Below, piece by piece: positions 39,106-48,674 of a DNA stretch of 64,000 nucleotides. Below the pieces are notes generated by a model. The model was not told where the DNA came from, searched no databases, and saw nothing but the letters and a program-made list of their open reading frames with translations. Each line of letters begins with the position of its first letter. The first letter of the stretch is position 1. Where the stretch lies: the IMG/VR virus record IMGVR_UViG_3300025401_000012. The stretch is one strand, 5' to 3'. The translations under genes and the position numbers were made by a program. The DNA is from a virus (Duplodnaviria > Caudoviricetes).

Positions 39106-42100
39106 TTACAATAATCCACTGTTACTGTTATTAAAGAAAATTTGAGCTATCATACTTCCATCAACGCCCTGACTTCCTGCACCTGCTTGTGGAAAATATG
39201 CTTTATTTGATATTTTCACTGCGGCGCCTGTTGTCGAAAAGATTTCATTTTGTCCGTTTGAAAGACCAACTGCAACTGTACCTGCAGTTAATAGTGATGT
39301 AAATGCATTAGAACCTCCAGCAGCAATGGCTCGTGACATATAAGATTTAATAGCTTTTTGTGTTGGAATAATAGTATCACTGTTTGCTGTAAAGTAACTA
39401 TCTGTTGAAAATTGATTAATAATTACAGCGTTAGTTCCAACACTGAATCCACCAATTGCCAAACTGGTAATACCATTTAAATTAAACAAACTTGCACTAA
39501 TTGTAACTGTACCAGTTGCTTGTTGAACTCCAAACAAATTACCTACTTTAAAATTACCGTCCTGATCAGTACTAACCACAAACACACGCCCGCCACCGTT
39601 GTATTGTATTTGCTGATTTTGTAAAGCAGTACTGATATCAACGTTTGGATAATTTGTTGTTCCAAAATTACCAGTACCAATATATAAAAAGTCATGTCCT
39701 GTCAAACGCACCTGACTGTATTTTACACGAATAGTAACAGATGTGCCATGCGCAGGTTGTAAACTATTATCAAGATTTATACTCAATTGGAATTGATATA
39801 TGTTTGTTGACAATTGTGTAATTAATACTATATTATATTGTACAGCACTTCCTGCAATAACTAAGTTAGCTCCTGGAGTTGGTGCTACAGTTATACCTGA
39901 ACAAATAAGATTTTGGGGTCCTTGTAAAATATCTGCAAACCCATTACCAGATACTGTTACAGTTGTTGTACTAGTTTGATATCCAGTACCTCTGTTTACA
40001 AAGCTAGGATTAGCTAATACACCAGTACCAGTTCTGCATAGAGTTGTTGCAAATGTACCTTGAGTGCCAGTCGCTGTACCAACTACTAGGATTAAATTAT
40101 TTCCGCCACCACCACCTAGACTTGTTCCTGGAATTGTAATAGTATCACCAACAGCATAATTTGAACCAGCTGTAGTTATACTAACAGTTGTGTTAAGACT
40201 AGTATACGTTGTACCTGATCCAGTTTTATTGATAGTGAAAACAGCACCAGAACCAACTCCGCTTGTAGTTAATTGTGTAACATTACTGTATGATCCCGCG
40301 CTTGCAATACTTGTACCACTAACTGTAAATGTTGTAGTACCTTGTGCCAATGTTCCTGATACTACATTAGGGTCGTAAATAGTTAGTGTAGGAGTTGCAA
40401 GATAGCCGCTTCCTGGCTCTTGCATTTTAATAACACCAATTCCGCCAGAACTTATAGTTGCTCGAGCAAATGCTGTTGCTCCTGTTGCTATTGACACAGC
40501 AACACCGACATTGTTACCTGCTACAGTAACCCATGTTGGTGTAATATTTCCAGTAACTGTTGGATTACCAAATACAACGGCATTGTATGCTTGAGTGCTG
40601 CCTGGTAAAGTGCGGACAGTCCAGTTTAGACCGTCTTGGCTTGTCAAACATACTGAACTACTTAATCCTGTTGCTATGAATAATCCTTGACCGTACGATA
40701 CACTAACCCAGTTACCTGCTTGTGGTAATGTGCTTGCATACCATGTAATACCATCTAAACTATATGCGGCTTTCGTTGTTGTAGCAGTTCCTACATTACC
40801 AGCATCAACTGATACAAATCTTCCATTGCCATATGCTACTGAACTCCAATAGGCACTGCTTGGCATGGTAGTACCAACCCAAGTAGCTCCGTTAGTACTG
40901 TATGCTGATATATTTGATGCTAAAATAGAACCGGTTCCTACAGAATAACCTGAAACAGCTACATATACTCCTGGTCCACTACCCCAAGCTACTCCGCTCC
41001 AAGCAGCAGGTCCCACCAAAGAGCCTGCAGGGCTCCAACTACTACCATTTGATGATGTAGCTGTTGTCAACCCATAAGTTGCTATTGCTAAAAATTGTCC
41101 TGCTATTGAATTATATGTAACTGCTGACCAGCTTGCACTTGTTGGCATAGATGAAGAACCATAAGTTCCACTTGAATAATATGCTGCAGATGTAGTTGTT
41201 CCAACAAATACAAATATATTATTACCGTATGCACATGCTGTCCATGTTCCAGCAGATAATGCTGTACTTGATGTCCAAGAAGTACCATTAGTAGATGTAG
41301 CTGTTAGTCCGGCATTATCTAATGCAAAATATAAATTATTACCGTATGCTACACTTATCCAATTATTAACTGCAATAGTCCTTGCAGTAGCTGTGAATCC
41401 TGGACTACTAAATGTTAAACGAGGTTCAATTTGATACTGTGTAGTAGTATCTAAAGTAGATACAATTGGAGTACCGGCTATAATATGATCCCATCCGTTT
41501 TGATTTGTGCTTTCTGTATAGATAGTTGCTAGTTTAGTTGATGCATTGTAGGCTTGGATATATCCATATTGACCAACACCTGTACCACTTATAATTACTA
41601 GACGCAATCCTACATAGTTAAGCGCAGTATTAGTATCACTGGTTGCAAGATAGATACTAGTAGTATTACCACCACTTGATTGATTACCTGCTGTAAGATA
41701 ACCACTTCCTCCAAGTCCAAGACTTGATCCAGTTAAGTGTGTTTCAAAAATACCATAGTCTCTAAATTCATCGGCAATTACACTTGCATATAAACCTGCG
41801 CCAGCAAATGTATAAGTTGCAGAACTATAATTTTGTCCGCAGTTACTAAATTCTAATTTTAAAATTTTATTTTGTGCTTGCCCAGCAAATGCAGAATATA
41901 CCTGAGCTTGGAAGAATCGATTATTAACAGAAGCCGAAATTGGAACTTCTGTAATATCAAATGTTTCAGCAACTACTCCGTATTTTCCATAAGAACTATT
42001 TCCGTTAGTAGCACGAATTTTCCCGCCAAGTTCTGCAAGATAACCTGCATGACAATAGTAAGAGAACACTGATACTAATTCAGTTAATGATCCTGGGCCA

Positions 42101-45100
42101 GTACACCAACAACCAATACCATCGCTTAATACTTGTGTAAAGTCGTTAGCAACAATAGATTTATTTCCGCCAGCATGTAGCGAACCGTCAATTTTTAATC
42201 CAACACATCCAGATCCAAATGTTGTTACATTTTGTATGTAAGGAGATTTTCTAAAAATCCAAGCACTAGTATCATAAGGTCCTTTACCAGGATCTAAACT
42301 AACATATGCACCAGCTGTTGGACGTTGTGTTAGATATGTATTAAGCGGGCCGAGCCCACCTGCTAGTCCATACAATGTCATATTTCTAATACCAGATCCA
42401 TTTCTGCAATAGAACATATTGGCTGTTGTATATCCGCCGACCATAGTACTAGTAGCAACAGTTTGTGAATAACTAACAGTGTATACTCCAAGTCCTCCTG
42501 GTGTTCCAGACACTTGTGCAGAAATTTGAGTTGGGTATAACACAGCTGCTGCCGATATCCACATCCCTATAGCAATGCCGCCAGTTGATACACCCAATGT
42601 CGAAACAGTATATGTACCTAAAAGTGCAAATGTTAGTTGCGTCTGGGTACATGTTAGTACGGTAAATGTTGCATTAACATTTGCAGATGTACTAGTTACT
42701 AATGGTACAAATCCTGATAATGTAATAGAAGACCCGACAACGTAAGGTGCGGACGTTTGACTAGCGTAAGTTGCTGTAGCAATACCATTATTGACAGTAA
42801 ATCCAGTAATATTAATCGATGATACACCGGATACTGTTAATTGTGATCCTGCAATAGTTCCTGTAAATGAAGTATTAATAGGGGAAGGTTGTACAATAGT
42901 ATTACGTAATTCATCTCCTACAATGGCTGTATTTTCAGGAACAGTAATTGGTAGTATTTCGTTGTATGTACCATCTTTGATAAAGATAGTGCTAGTAACT
43001 CCGGTGTTAGTTGGAGGAATAACAGCAGTACTTTGATTAGTTAATGCTGATGTTATAATTCCAATAAGCGAACTAACAAGTGTATTTGATCCGGATTCGG
43101 CGGCAATTTGTCCGCTGTATGTTTGTGTTATGGCTGAACCTGCAATAGTTCCGCCGTTGATATAAGTTGCTGTCGTAGTTGATACATAACTTACACTAGT
43201 AGAACTTACCGCTGTTACTATAAATGTTCCATTATATGATACAGGGTTAACATTAGCAACTGTGATTGTTTCTCCAGCAACAAATGGAACTCGAGATTGT
43301 TGTGCAAATGTTAATGTTATCAAACTACCAGTCGCACTGCCGCCTGTTATAGATACAACAGCCGATGATGCTCCGGTTAATGCTTGATAATTTTGCGAAG
43401 GTGCAGATTGTGCTATTGCATTTTGCATTAAAGATAATAACTGATTTATTGCTGCAATAAAATATGTTATTTCTCCAGCAACATTAGAATTATAAAAATT
43501 ATTTGTTCCTGGTTGGAAGAATGAATATGCAGACGCAACCGATTGGCTATTGCCTCCCCTAGTCATATCATATATCACACCGTCAATGATATATTCTGCA
43601 TCACGTTGTGTTTTATTAGGATCATAAACAGCACCTGGACTAAATGGAGAGTTTGAATTTGTCGACTGATAAGTCATCCAATTATACATTTCGGCAATAA
43701 TCCATTGCTTATTAATTGTTATCAATGTAGCTGCGTTTTGATAATATGCACCAGATTGCACCACTTTACAAGCATAAGCAATGGTTGCAAATGGTGCATT
43801 TAATGAAGTACCATAATTAGGTGCGTCAATTCCGTTAGTGTTACTAACATAATAGACATTATTAATATATCCAAAAGTACTCCATTGAATCTGTGTGCCT
43901 GTTGATTTTAATACTTGACCTACTGTGCCAATTGGCAGTGCAGTAGGTGCATTTGCTACATAAGTTGTAATGTCACCTTGATTAGTCATAACTTCAAGGT
44001 GATCACCTTGAATATAAACAGCCCAATAAGTATTAGATACATCTAACTGTGGATTATTAAAACTATTTGCAGTATGTCCTTGTATACATCTATAAGATGT
44101 TGCATAGTATGTTACAGTATCACCGATAACATAGACTGTACCTAATATCCATTTGTTTAACCAATAACTGCCTGATACAATCAATTGCCAATAACTTGCA
44201 GATGTATTTGGATCATTTCCAATGTTATCTGCAAGACATACATACACTTGCCCGTCTCTTCTGACTACATTGCCAACATAATATTGTGTCGTTAACGAAA
44301 AATCGCCATTAATAGTGTAACCAAACGTAACCAAAGTCCAATCAGTTGCATCGGTACTAGGAACTTGTGCTGTGTTATTTGTATTACTATAATAACTGTA
44401 TCCGCCGTATTTGACGATATCGCCTGGCGCATATCGTGTATTTACATCCCATGGATTTCTATATTCGAGACCTGGAGCATATATAGACCATTTGCTAGCA
44501 TCAAACAATATCCCAGATGTGTGATATGTTGTGCAAACATAAGCATTTGCTCCATATTTTACTACATCTTGAATTTTATATCTAAAACTACCACTCCATG
44601 ATGATTTATAATCAACACCTTGCGCTACAACTTGCCATGAATTAATATCATTTTCTAAACCTAGAGCAATAGTACTTGCACTAAGATGTGCTGCAATACA
44701 ACGGTATACAATACCACCATATCTTACAATGTCATCTAATTTATAGTGTGTACTAACTGTCCAATCGGTAGTCCATTTATCAGTATAAACAAGTGTAACC
44801 CATGAACTTTGATTTGCCTCTAGTGCCAACTGACTTGTGCCTGTAATAGTGCCGCCGTTTGCTGCGCCAGTTGTTGAATTAACATATGTGACACTTGAAG
44901 TTGTACATGCTGTAACTACATAAGAACCGTTATATCCGCTCACAGATACACCGGCAACTGTAATTGTACTACCAACTATAAATGGTGCAATAGCTTGAGA
45001 TTGAAAAGATAACGTAACTGATCCACTAAATGTCGATACCGTTGTTACATTAATATATGCAATAGCCGGAGCACTTACGTGTGCTACAGTGCATCTATAC

Positions 45101-46095
45101 TCAGTACCGCCATATTTTACAATATCGTTTAATCTATAAGTTGTGTTGTTGGTCCAATTGCCGCCAGTCCAATTATCTGTACTAGCATATACAGTCCAAT
45201 AAGGTTGATTATATTCTAGACCAACTTGGCTTGTACCAGTAATAGTTCCAATAGTCGTTAATGCTGAAACTGAAGAATTGGCAAAAGTTACAGATGATGA
45301 ACTGCAATTTAAAACAGTATATGTTCCATTATAACTATTAGGAGCCATACCAGCTATAGTAATAGTTGATCCTACAAGATAAGGTTGCAATATTTGATTA
45401 GCAAACGTCATAGTTACGTTTGTGCCATTTCCTGATACACCTGTAGGTACAATTGGGTTTGATAAATTAACGCTAGTATGCGGATAATTGCAAATATAAA
45501 TTAAACTATTATATCTAACAATCATTCCTAAACTATAGGCTGTATTTGGTTGCCAATTTCCTTGCCATGAATAACCGTCAAACCATAATTGCCAATAAGG
45601 ATTTGGTACGTTAGGTAGTACTTGTGTATTAATAGTATTTAAATCTGCATAGAATCCAGAGTAACTGACTCCGTTCCAAACTGTAGCAACAGCTGGTCCA
45701 GTTACTGATCCCGAAGCACCAGTGTATGTTCCTGCTAAATTGTAACTAACTGTGGTTGTACTAACATTATTGATAGTTGTAATTGCACATGTTGTTACTA
45801 TAAATGTTCCGTTAAATGCTGTTTGCGTAAACCCACTTACTGTAATTGTTTGCCCAACTAAAAATGGTGCTGTTGGAATTGTTTGTGTTGCTGTGAAAGT
45901 TAATACCGCAGTACCACCTGATGCAGTCGCACTAGATACTGTAAGAGTTTGTGTAGGACTAGTACTTGTATGTCCCACTAAGCACACATAACTTTTTCCA
46001 TCGTATCGAACAATATCATCTTTGGTATATGTGGTACTGCCAGCCCAAGTACCTTTCCATGTAAATCTTATTCTGTCTAATCTAAATTGAGCCAT
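39106..46095 (-). CDS. Giant tail-fibre/appendage protein (2329 aa), paralog of 30377-39058
   Basis: Same domain order and shared motifs (FYCRNGSG.RNMTLYGL.G, KIRATNGNSSYG, SQVRLTGHDFL, STDQDGNF.VG). Confidence 0.75.
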   Translation of the reverse strand: MAQFRLDRIRFTWKGTWAGSTTYTKDDIVRYDGKSYVCLVGHTSTSPTQTLTVSSATASGGTAVLTFTATQTIPTAPFLVGQTITVSGFTQTAFNGTFIVTTCAITTINNVSTTTVSYNLAGTYTGASGSVTGPAVATVWNGVSYSGFYADLNTINTQVLPNVPNPYWQLWFDGYSWQGNWQPNTAYSLGMIVRYNSLIYICNYPHTSVNLSNPIVPTGVSGNGTNVTMTFANQILQPYLVGSTITIAGMAPNSYNGTYTVLNCSSSSVTFANSSVSALTTIGTITGTSQVGLEYNQPYWTVYASTDNWTGGNWTNNTTYRLNDIVKYGGTEYRCTVAHVSAPAIAYINVTTVSTFSGSVTLSFQSQAIAPFIVGSTITVAGVSVSGYNGSYVVTACTTSSVTYVNSTTGAANGGTITGTSQLALEANQSSWVTLVYTDKWTTDWTVSTHYKLDDIVRYGGIVYRCIAAHLSASTIALGLENDINSWQVVAQGVDYKSSWSGSFRYKIQDVVKYGANAYVCTTYHTSGILFDASKWSIYAPGLEYRNPWDVNTRYAPGDIVKYGGYSYYSNTNNTAQVPSTDATDWTLVTFGYTINGDFSLTTQYYVGNVVRRDGQVYVCLADNIGNDPNTSASYWQLIVSGSYWLNKWILGTVYVIGDTVTYYATSYRCIQGHTANSFNNPQLDVSNTYWAVYIQGDHLEVMTNQGDITTYVANAPTALPIGTVGQVLKSTGTQIQWSTFGYINNVYYVSNTNGIDAPNYGTSLNAPFATIAYACKVVQSGAYYQNAATLITINKQWIIAEMYNWMTYQSTNSNSPFSPGAVYDPNKTQRDAEYIIDGVIYDMTRGGNSQSVASAYSFFQPGTNNFYNSNVAGEITYFIAAINQLLSLMQNAIAQSAPSQNYQALTGASSAVVSITGGSATGSLITLTFAQQSRVPFVAGETITVANVNPVSYNGTFIVTAVSSTSVSYVSTTTATYINGGTIAGSAITQTYSGQIAAESGSNTLVSSLIGIITSALTNQSTAVIPPTNTGVTSTIFIKDGTYNEILPITVPENTAIVGDELRNTIVQPSPINTSFTGTIAGSQLTVSGVSSINITGFTVNNGIATATYASQTSAPYVVGSSITLSGFVPLVTSTSANVNATFTVLTCTQTQLTFALLGTYTVSTLGVSTGGIAIGMWISAAAVLYPTQISAQVSGTPGGLGVYTVSYSQTVATSTMVGGYTTANMFYCRNGSGIRNMTLYGLAGGLGPLNTYLTQRPTAGAYVSLDPGKGPYDTSAWIFRKSPYIQNVTTFGSGCVGLKIDGSLHAGGNKSIVANDFTQVLSDGIGCWCTGPGSLTELVSVFSYYCHAGYLAELGGKIRATNGNSSYGKYGVVAETFDITEVPISASVNNRFFQAQVYSAFAGQAQNKILKLEFSNCGQNYSSATYTFAGAGLYASVIADEFRDYGIFETHLTGSSLGLGGSGYLTAGNQSSGGNTTSIYLATSDTNTALNYVGLRLVIISGTGVGQYGYIQAYNASTKLATIYTESTNQNGWDHIIAGTPIVSTLDTTTQYQIEPRLTFSSPGFTATARTIAVNNWISVAYGNNLYFALDNAGLTATSTNGTSWTSSTALSAGTWTACAYGNNIFVFVGTTTSAAYYSSGTYGSSSMPTSASWSAVTYNSIAGQFLAIATYGLTTATSSNGSSWSPAGSLVGPAAWSGVAWGSGPGVYVAVSGYSVGTGSILASNISAYSTNGATWVGTTMPSSAYWSSVAYGNGRFVSVDAGNVGTATTTKAAYSLDGITWYASTLPQAGNWVSVSYGQGLFIATGLSSSVCLTSQDGLNWTVRTLPGSTQAYNAVVFGNPTVTGNITPTWVTVAGNNVGVAVSIATGATAFARATISSGGIGVIKMQEPGSGYLATPTLTIYDPNVVSGTLAQGTTTFTVSGTSIASAGSYSNVTQLTTSGVGSGAVFTINKTGSGTTYTSLNTTVSITTAGSNYAVGDTITIPGTSLGGGGGNNLILVVGTATGTQGTFATTLCRTGTGVLANPSFVNRGTGYQTSTTTVTVSGNGFADILQGPQNLICSGITVAPTPGANLVIAGSAVQYNIVLITQLSTNIYQFQLSINLDNSLQPAHGTSVTIRVKYSQVRLTGHDFLYIGTGNFGTTNYPNVDISTALQNQQIQYNGGGRVFVVSTDQDGNFKVGNLFGVQQATGTVTISASLFNLNGITSLAIGGFSVGTNAVIINQFSTDSYFTANSDTIIPTQKAIKSYMSRAIAAGGSNAFTSLLTAGTVAVGLSNGQNEIFSTTGAAVKISNKAYFPQAGAGSQGVDGSMIAQIFFNNSNSGLL

Positions 46096-46113
46096 TACTA
46101 TTAACCTTTAATT

Positions 46114-46473
46114 TTATGGGTTTGTTGAGTATGTATATGTTTGATTTACTCGTGCAACAAATTCTCCGCTAGTAGGATCTAGATAATAGTTAATACTAAT
46201 GTCGTCCCATCTAAACTGTTCGTAATTTAAATTTGCATTTATCAAATTATGATAAACATCTCTACCTTCAAAAAAATCAACACCTTCATCAAATGATAAT
46301 AAATTACCGTTTTGATCGCCAGGGTTATTTATAAACACGCTATCTGTTCCAGTTAATTGATCAACTTTTGTCAAATATAAATCACCTTGATCTGTTCTAC
46401 GAAGGGCGTAAAAAAATCTAGGTCTGCCGCCTAAAATATCAGTTGATGGTGTGTTTGATCCTACATATGACAT
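46114..46473 (-). CDS. Hypothetical protein in the fibre operon
   Basis: 119-aa ORF with AAGG RBS, tightly packed; no motif recognised. Confidence 0.7.
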   Translation of the reverse strand: MSYVGSNTPSTDILGGRPRFFYALRRTDQGDLYLTKVDQLTGTDSVFINNPGDQNGNLLSFDEGVDFFEGRDVYHNLINANLNYEQFRWDDISINYYLDPTSGEFVARVNQTYTYSTNP

Positions 46474-46483
46474 AATTTTATCC

Positions 46484-47044
46484 TTAACTAATTTCTACCC
46501 AGCTCATTACCAAATCTAATGTATTAGAAATATTAGATGTTACAAATACATTATTGGCATTACCTAATACTAATTTTTCTCCGTTAGATACTACTCTTAA
46601 ACTTTGATAAGCAGGTACTGGAATATTTCTAATATAATATGCTGTTGTTCCTGCTAGAGTGTCTTGTAGTTGAATAGTTGCTAGCGTTGTCTCTGAACTT
46701 GTGTTAGTTAAACTAAGCCCAATAACTGTTGTAGTTGCCGAAGAATTAGAAGTTAATATAGTATTCACAATAGTACCGCCGGTAGCTGCACCAGTAGTTG
46801 AATTTGAATAAGTTACACTGCTAGTTGTTGCATCAGTCACAATATAACCACCATTATAATTTAATACACTAATTCCTGAAATATAAATGTAACTACCAAT
46901 TGGATACGGAATTGTTGCTTGAGTTGAAAATCTCAATGTTACTGATCCAGCAGAAGGGCTACTAGCAGTAATCGATGTTATTGATAAGGTAGTAGTAGTT
47001 CCACTTACACTAGTTACTAATCTGTTTTTAAATACTGTTGTCAT
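46484..47044 (-). CDS. Small beta-sandwich fibre-associated protein carrying an inserted module
   Basis: MTTVFKN...TTVIGLSLTN...IRNIPVPAYQSL....EKLVL....V..TS..S..LD.VMS.VEIS frame, with a ~75-aa Ser/Thr insert. Confidence 0.65.
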   Translation of the reverse strand: MTTVFKNRLVTSVSGTTTTLSITSITASSPSAGSVTLRFSTQATIPYPIGSYIYISGISVLNYNGGYIVTDATTSSVTYSNSTTGAATGGTIVNTILTSNSSATTTVIGLSLTNTSSETTLATIQLQDTLAGTTAYYIRNIPVPAYQSLRVVSNGEKLVLGNANNVFVTSNISNTLDLVMSWVEIS

Positions 47045-47047
47045 CGT

Positions 47048-48556
47048 TTATCCAAGTGTTAATACTATTGCTATACTTATATCAGTAGCTTGTGAACTAT
47101 TAATACCACCAGCATTACCTACAATACTTCCCCATGCCGCTCCATTATATACTTCAACTGCTTGCTGATCAGTATTAAATCGAACCATACCTGTTTGGCT
47201 GTATAGAGTCGGCGGTCTATCTGTGGTGCCGTTACCTACTGGAATAACAACACCATATGTTCCAGCAAATTGATAGTAGCCATTGCCAGTAGATGAAAAT
47301 TGTGTAACAGCATTAGTTGTTGTGTTTGTGATGCTATTGCTGTTAAATGATATCGGTCCTAACACAACATTACCAGTACCGTTAGGTGTTAAATTTAAAT
47401 CAGTATTAGTAGTATATGTGCTAATTGTACTTCCGCTAATGTCAATATTTGATGTTTTAAAATCTGTTGAATATAGTTTTGAGCTATCAATATAAGCGGT
47501 GTTTACTCCGCCTGCAACAAAACTAATAACATTGTTACCTGCTCCTGGACTACTTTCTGGAGTAATATAAGTATTTCCGTTAACACTTTGTACTCCACCT
47601 AAATTAGTCCAATATCCGTTAGCATAACCTTCATAACGATTTGTTGAAGTATTATAACGAACCATACCATTTGAACCAGTTGGACGTTGTATTGTAGTGC
47701 CTACTGGAACTATAAAACTTTGAGTACTGTTAATTGTAACACTACCTGTACCTTGAGGAGTTAGTACAATATTTGCGTTGGCACCAACACTACTAATTGT
47801 ATTGTTGTACACACTTAAATTTTCTATTTGGACGCTACCGGTACCATTTGCTGTAAGATTTAAATTACCATTAGTGTTAGTTGTTGTAACTGTATTTCCA
47901 CTAATCTGTACATTACCGCCATTTATAGTTGTTGAATTTACAGTTCCAACATACAAATTATTCCATTGTAAACTGTTTGAACCTAAATTATAAGTAATGT
48001 TTGCACTAGGAATAATATCACTGTTAACTTCGCCGTCAAATGTAACAGTATCTCCAGCATTTGCTCCAAGTGTGATATTGCCGTCTGCTGTAATATTTCC
48101 AGTTGCATGCAGATTACCATTAACTGTTACTTGAACGTTGCCAGCACCATTTCCTAAATTAATCCCGCCAGTGCCGTTGGCTGTAATATTGATTGAACCG
48201 TTAGTATTAGTAGCACTAATGGTATTAGTTGTAAGTTGTAAATTTCCAACTGAAACTACACCTGAAAATACTGTAGGATTAGTACCTGTTGGTAAAAAAT
48301 TAATTGTATTACTAGAACTGCTAACAGTATTACCATTAAAGGTAAATGTAGCTATATTAGCATTAGTAGTTGCTGTTAAATTGGTAGTACGAGTTGTGCC
48401 GTTGACATCTAGATCGTATTGAGGTGTTGTTGTATTAATGCCTACGCGGCTGTTAACAACATCTAAGTAAAGAAGGCTCGTCTCGAAGGCTAAATTGACC
48501 CCGTTACGAAGCAAATTATCCTTTAAGAGCGGACCTGAAATTCGACCAACAGCCAT
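47048..48556 (-). CDS. Tail-fibre-like protein
   Basis: GRISGPLL.DNL.RNG.NLAFET N-terminus; repeated NG.(I/L).L.(A/P)NGTG.V shaft motif; P.G.T..RP...GMVR(Y/F)NT knuckles. Confidence 0.7.
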   Translation of the reverse strand: MAVGRISGPLLKDNLLRNGVNLAFETSLLYLDVVNSRVGINTTTPQYDLDVNGTTRTTNLTATTNANIATFTFNGNTVSSSSNTINFLPTGTNPTVFSGVVSVGNLQLTTNTISATNTNGSINITANGTGGINLGNGAGNVQVTVNGNLHATGNITADGNITLGANAGDTVTFDGEVNSDIIPSANITYNLGSNSLQWNNLYVGTVNSTTINGGNVQISGNTVTTTNTNGNLNLTANGTGSVQIENLSVYNNTISSVGANANIVLTPQGTGSVTINSTQSFIVPVGTTIQRPTGSNGMVRYNTSTNRYEGYANGYWTNLGGVQSVNGNTYITPESSPGAGNNVISFVAGGVNTAYIDSSKLYSTDFKTSNIDISGSTISTYTTNTDLNLTPNGTGNVVLGPISFNSNSITNTTTNAVTQFSSTGNGYYQFAGTYGVVIPVGNGTTDRPPTLYSQTGMVRFNTDQQAVEVYNGAAWGSIVGNAGGINSSQATDISIAIVLTLG

Positions 48557-48665
48557 TTACGCTCCCGTATACCCCGTGTTTCACGGTTAACCACCTTACA
48601 TTGCGGGTTTACCACAGTTTAACCATACAGAAAATTGGTCTTTTCTGTAATCAAAAGTATTTATC
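48557..48665 (-). promoter_or_regulatory. Late promoter plus structured 5' leader
   Basis: GATAAATA at 48658-48665, then hairpins TACAGAAAA/TTTTCTGTA, GGTTAA/TTAACC and CCGTG/CACGG before the GGGAG RBS. Confidence 0.55.
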
Positions 48666-48674
48666 GATTTTTGA

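Noticed and set aside
48557-48657. Assignment as a c-di-GMP-I or ZTP riboswitch, prompted by GGUAAACC and GUGG..AACC..GGGAGC
   Set aside because: Only short words match; the required order and spacing of conserved elements are not reproduced.
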